This document shows, in pieces, positions 25,801 to 38,187 of a DNA stretch of 64,000 bases; position 1 is the first letter of the stretch; the number at the start of each line of letters is the position of its first letter. Origin of the DNA: Yuukianura sp. NJ FZ-2021 (Eukaryota). Both the position numbers and the translations under genes were made by a program. The stretch covers positions 9,486,001-9,550,000 of the forward strand of contig CM102286.1 of assembly GCA_046563655.1 (NCBI GenBank). The letters run 5' to 3'. Below the pieces are notes generated by a model. That model saw only the letters and a program-made list of their open reading frames with translations. It was not told where the DNA came from and searched no databases.

Positions 25801-28800
25801 ATTAGAAGTAGGTAAATGAGGCTTGGTTAACTTTATTTGTCTCAAACACGTTATCCCCGACAAGAAAGTCCTGTTGTAGTTTTAGTGCCACCAAGAAGCA
25901 TTTTTGAATTTGCGAATAGTATCACAGGCACGCTTAAAATTAGGCCAACCAGTGAGGTCAAGGTCCTGATTATTCCAATTGATATCGAATTAATTACAAC
26001 TGCAGAATCTAGCATGCTACTGCAATTCCCTGTAGTATTTTGGTTGAAATTTTTCAAGTGCAACAATGATTAGTCGTTTGAGCCTACTTCTTGTCCCCTC
26101 TCTGCCCACTCTAATTTTATAGCCATATGGACTATCAAGCCAAAAAACGCGTGTAGTAGAGACAACGCAAACTTGTTGGCCAACATTCCATACTGTAGAA
26201 TGAATAAGGCAAGCACGGACTATTAGCCTTCGTAAACAACATCAAGAAACTTTTATCCTGAACCTTGACAACGCGATGTTTCTCAAAATTAGAAGTAGGT
26301 AAATGAGGCTTGGTTAACTTTATTTGTCTCAAACACGTTATCCCCGACAAGAAAGTCCTGTTGTAGTTTTAGTGCCACCAAGAAGCATTTTTGAATTTGC
26401 GAATAGTATCACAGGCACGCTTAAAATTAGGCCAACCAGTGAGGTCAAGGTCCTGATTATTCCAATTGATATCGAATTAATTACAACTGCAGAATCTAGC
26501 ATGCTACTGCAATTCCCTGTAGTATTTTGGTTGAAATTTTTCAAGTGCAACAATGATTAATCGTTTGAGCCTACTTCTTGTCGCCTCTCTGCCCACTCTA
26601 ATTTTATAGCCATATGGACTATCAAGCCAAAAAACGCGTGTAGTAGAGACAACGCAAACTTGTTGGCCAGCATTCCATACTGTAGAATGAATAAGGCAAG
26701 CACGGACTATTAGCCTTCGTAAACAACATCAAGAAACTTTTATCCTGAACCTTGACAACGCGATGTTTCTCAAAATTAGAAGTAGGTAAATGAGGCTTGG
26801 TTAACTTTATTTGTCTCAAACACGTTATCCCCGACAAGAAAGTCCTGTTGTAGTTTTAGTGCCACCAAGAAGCATTTTTGAATTTGCGAATAGTATCACA
26901 GGCACGCTTAAAATTAGGCCAACCAGTGAGGTCAAGGTCCTGATTATTCCAATTGATATCGAATTAATTACAACTGCAGAATCTAGCATGCTACTGCAAT
27001 TCCCTGTAGTATTTTGGTTGAAATTTTTCAAGTGCAACAATGATTAGTCGTTTGAGCCTACTTCTTGTCCCCTCTCTGCCCACTCTAATTTTATAGCCAT
27101 ATGGACTATCAAGCCAAAAAACGCGTGTAGTAGAGACAACGCAAACTTGTTGGCCAGCATTCCATACTGTAGAATGAATAAGGCAAGCACGGACTATTAG
27201 CCTTCGTAAACAACATCAAGAAACTTTTATCCTGAACCTTGACAACGCGATGTTTCTCAAAATTAGAAGTAGGTAAATGAGGCTTGGTTAACTTTATTTG
27301 TCTCAAACACGTTATCCCCGACAAGAAAGTCCTGTTGTAGTTTTAGTGCCACCAAGAAGCATTTTTGAATTTGCGAATAGTATCACAGGCACGCTTAAAA
27401 TTAGGCCAACCAGTGAGGTCAAGGTCCTGATTATTCCAATTGACCAATTGATATCGAATTAATTACAACTGCAGAATCTAGCATGCTACTGCAATTCCCT
27501 GTAGTATTTTGGTTGAAATTTTTCAAGTGCAACAATGATTAATCGTTTGAGCCTACTTCTTGTCGCCTCTCTGCCCACTCTAATTTTATAGCCATATGGA
27601 CTATCAAGCCAAAAAACGCGTGTAGTAGAGACAACGCAAACTTGTTGGCCAACATTCCATACTCTAGAATGAATAAGGCAAGCACGGACTATTAGCCTTC
27701 GTAAACAACATCAAGAAACTTTTATCCTGAACCTTGACAACGCGATGTTTCTCAAAATTAGAAGTAGATAAATGAGGCTTGGTTAACTTTATTTGTCTCA
27801 AACACGTTATCCCCGACAAGAAAGTCCTGTTGTAGTTTTAGTGCCACCAAGAAGCATTTTTGAATTTGCGAATAGTATCACAGGCACGCTTAAAATTAGG
27901 CCAACCAGTGAGGTCAAGGTCCTGATTATTCCAATTGATATCGAATTAATTACAACTGCAGAATCTAGCATGCTACTGCAATTCCCTGTAGTATTTTGGT
28001 TGAAATCTTTCAAGTGCAACAATGATTAATCGTTTGAGCCTACGTCTTGTCGCCTCTCTGCCCACTCTAATTTTACAGCCATATGGAATACCAAGCCAAA
28101 AAAACGCGTGTAGTAGAGACAACGCAAACTTGTTGGCCAACATTCCATACTGTAGAATGAATAAGGCAAGCACGGACTATTAGCCTTCGTAAACAACATC
28201 AAGAAAGTTTTATCCTGAACCTTGACAACGCGATGTTTCTCAAAATTAGAAGTAGATAAATGAGGCTTGGTTAACTTTATTTGTCTCAAACACGTTATCC
28301 CCGACAAGAAAGTCCTGTTGTAGTTTTAGTGCCACCAAGAACAATTTTTGAATTTGCGAATAGTATCACAGGCACGCTTAAAATTAGGCCAACCAGTGAG
28401 GTCAAGGTCCTGATTATTCCAATTGACCAATTGATATCGAATTAATTACAACTGCAGAATCTAGCATGCTACTGCAATTCCCTGTAGTATTTTGGTTGAA
28501 ATTTTTCAAGTGCAACAATGATTAATCGTTTGAGCCTACTTCTTGTCGCCTCTCTGCCCACTCTAATTTTATAGCCATATGGACTACCAAGCCAAAAAAC
28601 GCGTGTAGTAGAGACAACGCAAACTTGTTGGCCAACATTCCATACTGTAGAATGAATAAGGCAAGCACGGACTATTAGCCTTCGTAAACAACATCAAGAA
28701 ACTTTTATCCTGAACCTTGACAACGCGATGTTTCTCAAAATTAGAAGTAGATAAATGAGGCTTGGTTAACTTTAGTTGTCTCAAACACGTTATCCCCGAC

Positions 28801-31800
28801 AAGAAAGTCCTGTTGTAGTTTTAGTGCCACCAAGAAGCATTTTTGAATTTGCGAATAGTATCACAGGCACGCTTAAAATTAGGCCAACCAGTGAGGTCAA
28901 GGTCCTGATTATTCCAATTGATATCGAATTAATTACAACTGCAGAATCTAGCATGCTACTGCAATTCCCTGTAGTATTTTGGTTGAAATCTTTCAAGTGC
29001 AACAATGATTAATCGTTTGAGCCTACGTCTTGTCGCCTCTCTGCCCACTCTAATTTTACAGCCATATGGAATACCAAGCCAAAAAACGCGTGTAGTAGAG
29101 ACAACGCAAACTTGTTGGCCAACATTCCATACTGTAGAATGAATAAGGCAAGCACGGACTATTAGCCTTCGTAAACAACATCAAGAAAGTTTTATCCTGA
29201 ACCTTGACAACGCGATGTTTCTCAAAATTAGAAGTAGATAAATGAGGCTTGGTTAACTTTATTTGTCTCAAACACGTTATCCCCGACAAGAAAGTCCTGT
29301 TGTAGTTTTAGTGCCACCAAGAACAATTTTTGAATTTGCGAATAGTATCACAGGCACGCTTAAAATTAGGCCAACCAGTGAGGTCAAGGTCCTGATTATT
29401 CCAATTGACCAATTGACATCGAATTAATTACAACTGCAGAATCTAGCATGCTACTGCAATTCCCTGTAGTATTTTGGTTGAAATTTTTCAAGTGCAACAA
29501 TGATTAATCGTTTGAGCCTACTTCTTGTCGCCTCTCTGCCCACTCTAATTTTACAGCCATATGGACTACCAAGCCAAAAAACGCGTGTAGTAGAGACAAC
29601 GCAAACTTGTTGGCCAACATTCCATACTGTAGAATGAATAAGGCAAGCACGGACTATTAGCCTTCGTAAACAACATCAAGAAACTTTTATCCTGAACCTT
29701 GACAACGCGATGTTTCTCAAAATTAGAAGTAGATAAATGAGGCTTGGTTAACTTTATTTGTCTCAAACACGTTATCCCCGACAAGAAAGTCCTGTTGTAG
29801 TTTTAGTGCCACCAAGGAGCATTTTTGAATTTGCGAATAGTATCACAGGCACGCTTAAAATTAGGCCAACCAGTGAGGTCAAGGTCCTGATTATTCCAAT
29901 TGATATCCAATTAATTACAACTGCAGAATCTAGCATGCTACTGCAATTCGCTGTAGTATTTTGGTTGAAATTTTTCAAGTGCAACAATGATTAATCGTTT
30001 GAGCCTACTTTTTGTCGCCTCTCCGCCCACTCTAATTTTACAGCCATATGGACTACCAAGCCAAAAAACGCGTGTAGTAGAGACAACGCAAACTTGTTGG
30101 CCAACATTCCATACTGTAGAATGAATAAGGCAAGCACGGACTATTAGCCTTCGTAAACAACATCAAGAAACTTTTATCCTGAACCTTGACAACGCGATGT
30201 TTCTCAAAATTAGAAGTAGATAAATGAGGCTTGGTTAACTTTATTTGTCTCAAACACGTTATCCCCGACAAGAAAGTCCTGTTGTAGTTTTAGTGCCACC
30301 AAGAAGCATTTTTGAATTTGCGAATAGTATCACAGGCACGCTTAAAATTAGGCCAACCAGTGAGGTCAAGGTCCTGATTATTACAATTGATATCGAATTA
30401 ATTACAACTGCAGAATCTAGCATGCTACTGCAATTCCCTGTAGTATTTTGGTTGAAATTTTTCAAGTGCAACAATGATTAATCGTTTGAGCCTACTTCTT
30501 GTCGCCTCTCTGCCCACTCTAATTTTACAGCCATATGGACTACCAAGCCAAAAAACGCGTGTAGTAGAGACAACGCAAACTTGTTGGCCAACATTCCATA
30601 CTGTAGAATGAATAAGGCAAGCACGGACTATTAGCCTTCGTAAACAACATCAAGAAACTTTTATCCTGAACCTTGACAACGCGATGTTTCTCAAAATTAG
30701 AAGTAGATAAATGAGGCTTGGTTAACTTTATTTGTCTCAAACACGTTATCCCCGACAAGAAAGTCCTGTTGTAGTTTTAGTGCCACCAAGAAGCATTTTT
30801 GAATTTGCGAATAGTATCACAGGCACGCTTAAAATTAGGCCAACCAGTGAGGTCAAGGTCCTGATTATTCCAATTGACCAATTGATATCGAATTAATTAC
30901 AACTGCAGAATCTAGCATGCTACTGCAATTCCCTGTAGTATTTTGGTTGAAATTTTTCAAGTGCAACAATGATTAATCGTTTGAGCCTACTTCTTGTCGC
31001 CTCTCTGCCCACTCTAATTTTATAGCCATATGGACTATCAAGCCAAAAAACGCGTGTAGTAGAGACAACGCAAACTTGTTGGCCAACATTCCATACTGTA
31101 GAATGAATAAGGCAAGCACGGACTATTAGCCTTCGTAAACAACATCAAGAAACTTTTATCCTGAACCTTGACAACGTGATGTTTCTCAAAATTAGAAGTA
31201 GATAAATGAGGCTTGGTTAACTTTATTTGTCTCAAACACGTTATCCCCGACAAGAAAGTCCTGTTGTAGTTTTAGTGCCACCAAGAAGCATTTTTGAATT
31301 TGCGAATAGTATCACAGGCACGCTTAAAATTAGGCCAACCAGTGAGGTCAAGGTCCTGATTATTCCAATTGATATCGAATTAATTACAACTGCAGAATCT
31401 AGCATGCTACTGCAATTCCCTGTAGTATTTTGGTTGAAATCTTTCAAGTGCAACAATGATTAATCGTTTGAGCCTACGTCTTGTCGCCTCTCTGCCCACT
31501 CTAATTTTACAGCCATATGGAATACCAAGCCAAAAAACGCGTGTAGTAGAGACAACGCAAACTTGTTGGCCAACATTCCATACTGTAGAATGAATAAGGC
31601 AAGCACGGACTATTAGCCTTCGTAAACAACATCAAGAAAGTTTTATCCTGAACCTTGACAACGCGATGTTTCTCAAAATTAGAAGTAGATAAATGAGGCT
31701 TGGTTAACTTTATTTGTCTCAAACACGTTATCCCCGACAAGAAAGTCCTGTTGTAGTTTTAGTGCCACCAAGAACCATTTTTGAATTTGCGAATAGTATC

Positions 31801-32990
31801 ACAGGCACGCTTAAAATTAGGCCAACCAGTGAGGTCAAGGTCCTGATTATTCCAATTGACCAATTGATATCGAATTAATTACAACTGCAGAATCTAGCAT
31901 GCTACTGCAATTCCCTGTAGTATTTTGGTTGAAATTTTTCAAGTGCAACAATGATTAATCGTTTGAGCCTACTTCTTGTCGCCTCTCTGCCCACTCTAAT
32001 TTTACAGCCATATGGACTACCAAGCCAAAAAACGCGTGTAGTAGAGACAACGCAAACTTGTTGGCCAACATTCCATACTGTAGAATGAATAAGGCAAACA
32101 CGGACTATTAGCCTTCGTAAACAACATCAAGAAACTTTTATCCTGAACCTTGACAACGCGATGTTTCTCAAAATTAGAAGTAGATAAATGAGGCTTGGTT
32201 AACTTTATTTGTCTCAAACACGTTATCCCCGACAAGAAAGTCCTGTTGTAGTTTTAGTGCCACCAAGAAGCATTTTTGAATTTGCGAATAGTATCACAGG
32301 CACGCTTAAAATTAGGCCAACCAGTGAGGTCAAGGTCCTGATTATTCCAATTGATATCGAATTAATTACAACGGCAGAATCTAGCATGCTACTGCAATTC
32401 CCTGTAGTATTTTGGTTGAAATTTTTCAAGTGCAACAATGATTAATCGTTTGAGCCTACTTCTTGTCGCCTCTCTGCCCACTCTAATTTTATAGCCATAT
32501 GGACTATCAAGCCAAAAAACGCGTGTAGTAGAGACAACGCAAACTTGTTGGCCAACATTCCATACTGTAGAATGAATAAGGCAAGCACGGACTATTAGCC
32601 TTCGTAAACAACATCAAGAAACTTTTATCCTGAACCTTGACAACGCGATGTTTCTCAAAATTAGAAGTAGATAAATGAGGCTTGGTTAACTTTATTTGTC
32701 TCAAACACGTTATCCCCGACAAGAAAGTCCTGTTGTAGTTTTAGTGCCACCAAGAAGCATTTTTGAATTTGCGAATAGTATCACAGGCACGCTTAAAATT
32801 AGGCCAACCAGTGAGGTCAAGGTCCTGATTATTCCAATTGATATCGAATTAATTACAACTGCAGAATCTAGCTTGCTACTGCAATTCCCTGTAGTATTTT
32901 GGTTGAAATTTTTCAAGTGCAACAATGATTAATCGTTTGAGCCTACTTCTTGTCGCCTCTCTGCCCACTCTAATTTTACAGCCATATGGA
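4841..32990. repeat. Satellite A tandem array, ~487 bp monomer, about 58 copies
   Basis: Near-identical units. Track ORFs recur every 487-489 bp (e.g. 22899, 23386, 23873). Some units are 495 bp because of an 8-bp duplication. Confidence 0.99.
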
Positions 32991-32994
32991 GGTC

Positions 32995-35900
32995 AATTAC
33001 CAAGCTTCATCGAAATGCACCACCCCCTGTAGCGTCAGCTGAAGAAACTATTTATTTCAGAGCAAAAACTTGTGTTTGATTTTTAAATTCCAAGCCGGTC
33101 TTGATGCAAAGGTCGTTGGTAATTACAAGAAAAAATAATTAAAACTTAAATTTCTCACTAACCTTTTAAATATTTTATGGACTATCCTTCAAGCTTCATC
33201 CCAATCCACAACCCCCTCACATTTAACAAAAATTATCACATCGTTTTGAGAGCAACTATTTCTGTTGAAAATTTTTGATCCGTCTGGTATTGAAGAATCC
33301 GTTGCTAATTACGATAAAAATTTTTCTAAATTACCAAGCTTCATCGAAATGCACCACCCCCTGTAGCGTAAGCTGAAGAAACTATTTATTTCAGAGCAAA
33401 AACTTGTGTTTGATTTTTAAATTCCAAGCCGGTCTTGATGCAAAGGTCGTTGGTAATTACAAGAAAAAATAATTAAAACTTAAATTTCTCAATAACCTTT
33501 TAAATATTTTATGGACTATCCTTCAAGCTTCATCCCAATCCACAGCCCTCACATTTAACAAAAATTATCACATCGTTTTGAGAGCAACTATTTCTGTTGA
33601 AAATTTTTGATCTATGTCTGGTATTGAAGAATCCGTTGCTAATTACGATAAAAATTTTTCTAAATTACCAAGGTTCATCGAAATGCACCACCCCCTGTAG
33701 CGTCAGCTGAAGAAACTATTTATTTCAGAGCAAAAACTTGTGTTTGATTTTTAAATTCCAAGCCGGTCTTGATGCAAAGGTCGTTGGTAATTACAAGAAA
33801 AAATAATTAAAACTTAAATTTCTCAATAACCTTTTAAATATTTTATGGACTATCCTTCAAGCTTCATCCCAATCCACAGCCCCCTCACATTTAACAAAAA
33901 TTATCACATCGTTTTGAGAGCAACTATTTCTGTTGAAAATTTTTGATCTATGTCTGGTATTGAAGAATCCGTTGCTAATTACGATAAAAATTTTTCTAAA
34001 TTACCAAGGTTCATCGAAATGCACCACCCCCTGTAGCGTCAGCTGAAGAAACTATTTATTTCAGAGCAAAAACTTGTGTTTGATTTTTAAATTCCAAGCC
34101 GGTCTTGATGCAAAGGTCGTTGGTAATTACAAGAAAAATAATTAAAACTTAAATTTCTCACTAACCTTTTAAATATTTTATGGACTATCCTTCAAGCTTC
34201 ATCCCAATCCACAACCCTCACATTTAACAAAAATTATCACATCGTTTTGAGAGCAACTATTTCTGTTGAAAATTTTTGATCCGTCTGGTATTGAAGAATC
34301 CGTTGCTAATTACGATAAAAATTTTTCTAAATTACCAAGCTTCATCGAAATGCACCACCCCCTGTAGCGTCAGCTGAAGAAACTATTTATTTCAGAGCAA
34401 AAACTTGTGTTTGATTTTTAAATTCCAAGCCGGTCTTGATGCAAAGGTCGTTGGTAATTACAAGAAAAAATAATTAAAACTTAAATTTCTCACTAACCTT
34501 TTAAATATTTTATGGACTATCCTTCAAGCTTCATCCCAATCCACAACCCTCACATTTAACAAAAATTATCACATCGTTTTGAGAGCAACTATTTCTGTTG
34601 AAAATTTTTGATCCGTCTGGTATTGAAGAATCCGTTGCTAATTACGATAAAAATTTTTCTAAATTACCAAGCTTCATCGAAATGCACCACCCCCTGTAGC
34701 GTCAGCTGAAGAAACTATTTATTTCAGAGCAAAAACTTGTGTTTGATTTTTAAATTCCAAGCCGGTCTTGATGCAAAGGTCGTTGGTAATTACAAGAAAA
34801 AATAATTAAAACTTAAATTTCTCAATAACCTTTTAAATATTTTATGGACTATCCTTCAAGCTTCATCCCAATCCACAACCCCCTCACATTTAACAAAAAT
34901 TATCACATCGTTTTGAGAGCAACTATTTCTGTTGAAAATTTTTGATCTATGTCTGGTATTGAAGAATCCGTTGCTAATTAAAGCTTCATCCCAATCCACA
35001 ACCCCCTCACATTTAACAAAAATTATCACATCGTTTTGAGAGCAACTATTTCTGTTGAAAATTTTTGATCTATGTCTGGTATTGAAGAATCCGTTGCTAA
35101 TTACGATAAAAATTTTTCTAAGTTACCAAGCTTCATCGAAATGCACCACCCCCTGTAGCGTCAGCTGAAGAAACTTTTTATTTCAGAGCAAAAACTTGTG
35201 TTTGATTTTTAAATTCCAAGCCGGTCTTGATGCAAAGGTCGTTGGTAATTACAAGAAAAAATAATTAAAACTTAAATTTCTCACTAACCTTTTAAATATT
35301 TTATGGACTATCCTTCAAGCTTCATCCCAATCCACAACCCCCTCACATTTAACAAAAATTATCACATCGTTTTGAGAGCAACTATTTCTGTTGAAAATTT
35401 TTGATCCGTCTGGTATTGAAGAATCCGTTGCTAATTACGATAAAAATTTTTCTAAATTACCAAGCTTCATCGAAATGCACCACCCCCTGTAGCGTCAGCT
35501 GAAGAAACTACTTATTTCAGAGCAAAAACTTGTGTTTGATTTTTAAATTCCAAGCCGGTCTTGATGCTAAGGTCGTTGGTAATTACAAGAAACAAGGTAG
35601 GGCGATGCTCAAGGGTTGAGCATAGGTCTTCTGGAGGGAGTTGACAATTGATACGACTGAGATCGGCCGGCCGCGAAACCGTTGAAGAAAAACGTTAAGA
35701 AACCGTTTTCACGAGATTTATCCTACGAAACATCGCTCATACTTTTCAGTGCAGATGTGGGGCATTCTGTGCACAATTGCACCAAAATGTTAAAAACCGT
35801 TTGCATTAAAATGTGAAAATTAAGCTCTGCACAGTTTTTTCTCCCTTCAAATTATTTGCTGCAAAATTGTTCTGAAATATGCACAGGTATTGACGTAACA

Positions 35901-37745
35901 ACGTCCTTTACCCAGCGTCAAAATAACTGCCCAATTCGACATTTGTGCATCTTACTTAAGTGTGCACAAAATTAAACGTTGAGTGGCAGGCGCCGAATAT
36001 AGCTTTTTTAAAATCAAAATCGGTTCAAATACATGCACCATGTGTTAAATCAAGTGCATAAGTAATAGAGTCGAATATAGCTTGTTAAAATCAAAATTAT
36101 AAAAATTGTTGAGAAAGGAAATTTGAACCCTGCAAGGCACTGTTTACGTATTACGAATTTAAGCCGGAATTTCTACCCTCTAATTTGGCTTAATTTAACA
36201 ACGTAATTAAACTAACTGCCAGAAAATGACCAGATCAAAACTTCGTTGTTAATAAATATTTTGAGTATAATGCAGACCTAACACAAAAATTTTGAGGACT
36301 TAAGAAACAGCAACGCGATGCAGAGGCAAACTTTGTGCGTTGTTAATGTAAGACTTTGAGTGCAATGTAGAGGTAATGAAAACACTTGAGCCACACATAA
36401 CCCCCCGACTGCGATGGGGCTTATGTTTCAGTGCAAAAGATCCTAAAAAAGCGAACGGACGGACGGACGGACAAAGTCGTATCAATAGTCTTCTTCAGCA
36501 CGTCGTAGACGTGCGTCTCCAGAAGACTAAAAATAATTAAAACTTAAATTTCTCAATAACCTTTTAAATATTTTATGGACTATCCTTCAAGCTTCATCCA
36601 AATCCACAACCCCCTCACATTTAACAAAAATTATCACATCGTTTTGAGAGCAACTATTTCTGTTGAAAATTTTTGATCTATGTCTGGTATTGAAGAATCC
36701 GTTGCTAATTACGATAAAAAATTTTCTAAGTTACCAAGCTTCATTGAAATGCACCACCCCCTGTAGCGTCAGCTGAAGAAACTTTTTATTTCAGAGCAAA
36801 AACTTGTGTTTGATTTTTAAATTCCAAGCCGGTCTTGATGCAAAGGTCGTTGGTAATTACAAGAAAAAATAATTAAAACTTAAATTTCTGACTAACCTTT
36901 TAAATATTTTATGGACTATCCTTCAAGCTTCATCCCAATCCACAACCCCACACAGTGAACAAAAATTATCACATCGTTTTGAGAGCAACTATTTCTGTTG
37001 AAAATTTTTGATCCGTCTGGTATTGAAGAATCCGTTGCTAATTACGATAAAAATTTTTCTAAATTACCAAGCTTCATCGAAATGCACCACCCCCTGTAGC
37101 GTCAGCTGAAGAAACTATTTATTTCAGAGCAAAAACTTGTGTTTGATTTTTAAATTCCAAGCCGGTCTTGATGCAAAGGTCGTTGGTAATTACAAGAAAA
37201 ATAATTAAAACTTAAATTTCTCAATAACCTTTTAAATATTTTATGGACTATCCTTCAAGCTTCATCCCAATCCACAACCCCCTCACATTTAACAAAAATT
37301 ATCACATCGTTTTGAGAGCAACTATTTCTGTTGAAAATTTTTGATCTATGTCTGGTATTGAAGAATCCGTTGCTAATTAAAGCTTCATCCCAATCCACAA
37401 CCCCCTCACATTTAACAAAAATTATCACATCGTTTTGAGAGCAACTATTTCTGTTGAAAATTTTTGATCTATGTCTGGTATTGAAGAATCCGTTGCTAAT
37501 TACGATAAAAATTTTTCTAAGTTACCAAGCTTCATCGAAATGCACCACCCCCTGTAGCGTCAGCTGAAGAAACTTTTTATTTCAGAGCAAAAACTTGTGT
37601 TTGATTTTTAAATTCCAAGCCGGTCTTGATGCAAAGGTCGTTGGTAATTACAAGAAAAAATAATTAAAACTTAAATTTCTCACTAACCTTTTAAATATTT
37701 TATGGACTATCCTTCAAGCTTCATCCCAATCCACAACCCCCTCAC
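32995..37745. repeat. Satellite B tandem array, ~334-336 bp unit (two related subunits of ~189 and ~145 bp), about 10-11 units, interrupted by a HINE-like insertion
   Basis: caagcttcatcgaaatgc at 33001 and 33335, caagcttcatcccaatcc at 33190. AT-rich, no ORFs in the track. Confidence 0.97.
35593..36528 (-). mobile_element. Non-autonomous Helentron (HINE / DINE-1-like) element
   Basis: Inserted in an A run of satellite B (T run on minus) without a distinct TSD. Subterminal inverted repeat gtcttctggag (35626-35636) / ctccagaagac (36517-36527). Hairpin atgctcaa-ggg-ttgagcat (35605-35623) near the minus-strand 3' end. (GTCC)n microsatellite on minus at 36455-36472. The minus-strand 5' end folds on an internal IR (36486-36494 with 36521-36529). 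Confidence 0.8.
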
Positions 37746-38187
37746 CTATCAGTCTTGACTCATACGCGGTTGGCGCTATTGTTCTCACAATTGAAAGGGG
37801 GGTGGCTACAAGCTCCTCCTTCTCCTCTTCCGTCACTTCTTTCTTCCCCAGCCAGTTGGGTAGCTGGCTGCTGTACTAACGACTTGTATAGAAGATTTAC
37901 TGCTCTCCGCGCTTGGCGTAGATGAAACCGAACGTCTAGAAATATTCCGTGAAGGAACGGGTTGAGGGACGGTGAGCCGTCTCCTCGGCAACGGTGTAAC
38001 AATTGACCGGGCTGTAGCGCATTGAGGTCCCAGACCCTACAGCTGCCCATTGAGCCAGCAATCGAAGTCGCTTTGAGGGTGGAGTCGCGACCACTCGAGA
38101 GAGGCGATGACGTAGGACAGAGGGTTTTTCTTCGACACCTGTCGCATACCCCGAGGAGCGAAACACAACGAGGCTACAAGCGAAGCA

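Noticed and set aside
4857..32932. Plus-strand 'MSQTRYPR...' and minus-strand 'MSGITCLRQ...' ORFs as genes
   Set aside because: Mostly non-ATG starts, overlapping on both strands, and freely disrupted between monomers. They are translations of satellite A.
36300..36485. 61-aa ORF in the HINE-like element
   Set aside because: It runs through the (GTCC)n microsatellite and has no Rep or helicase motifs.
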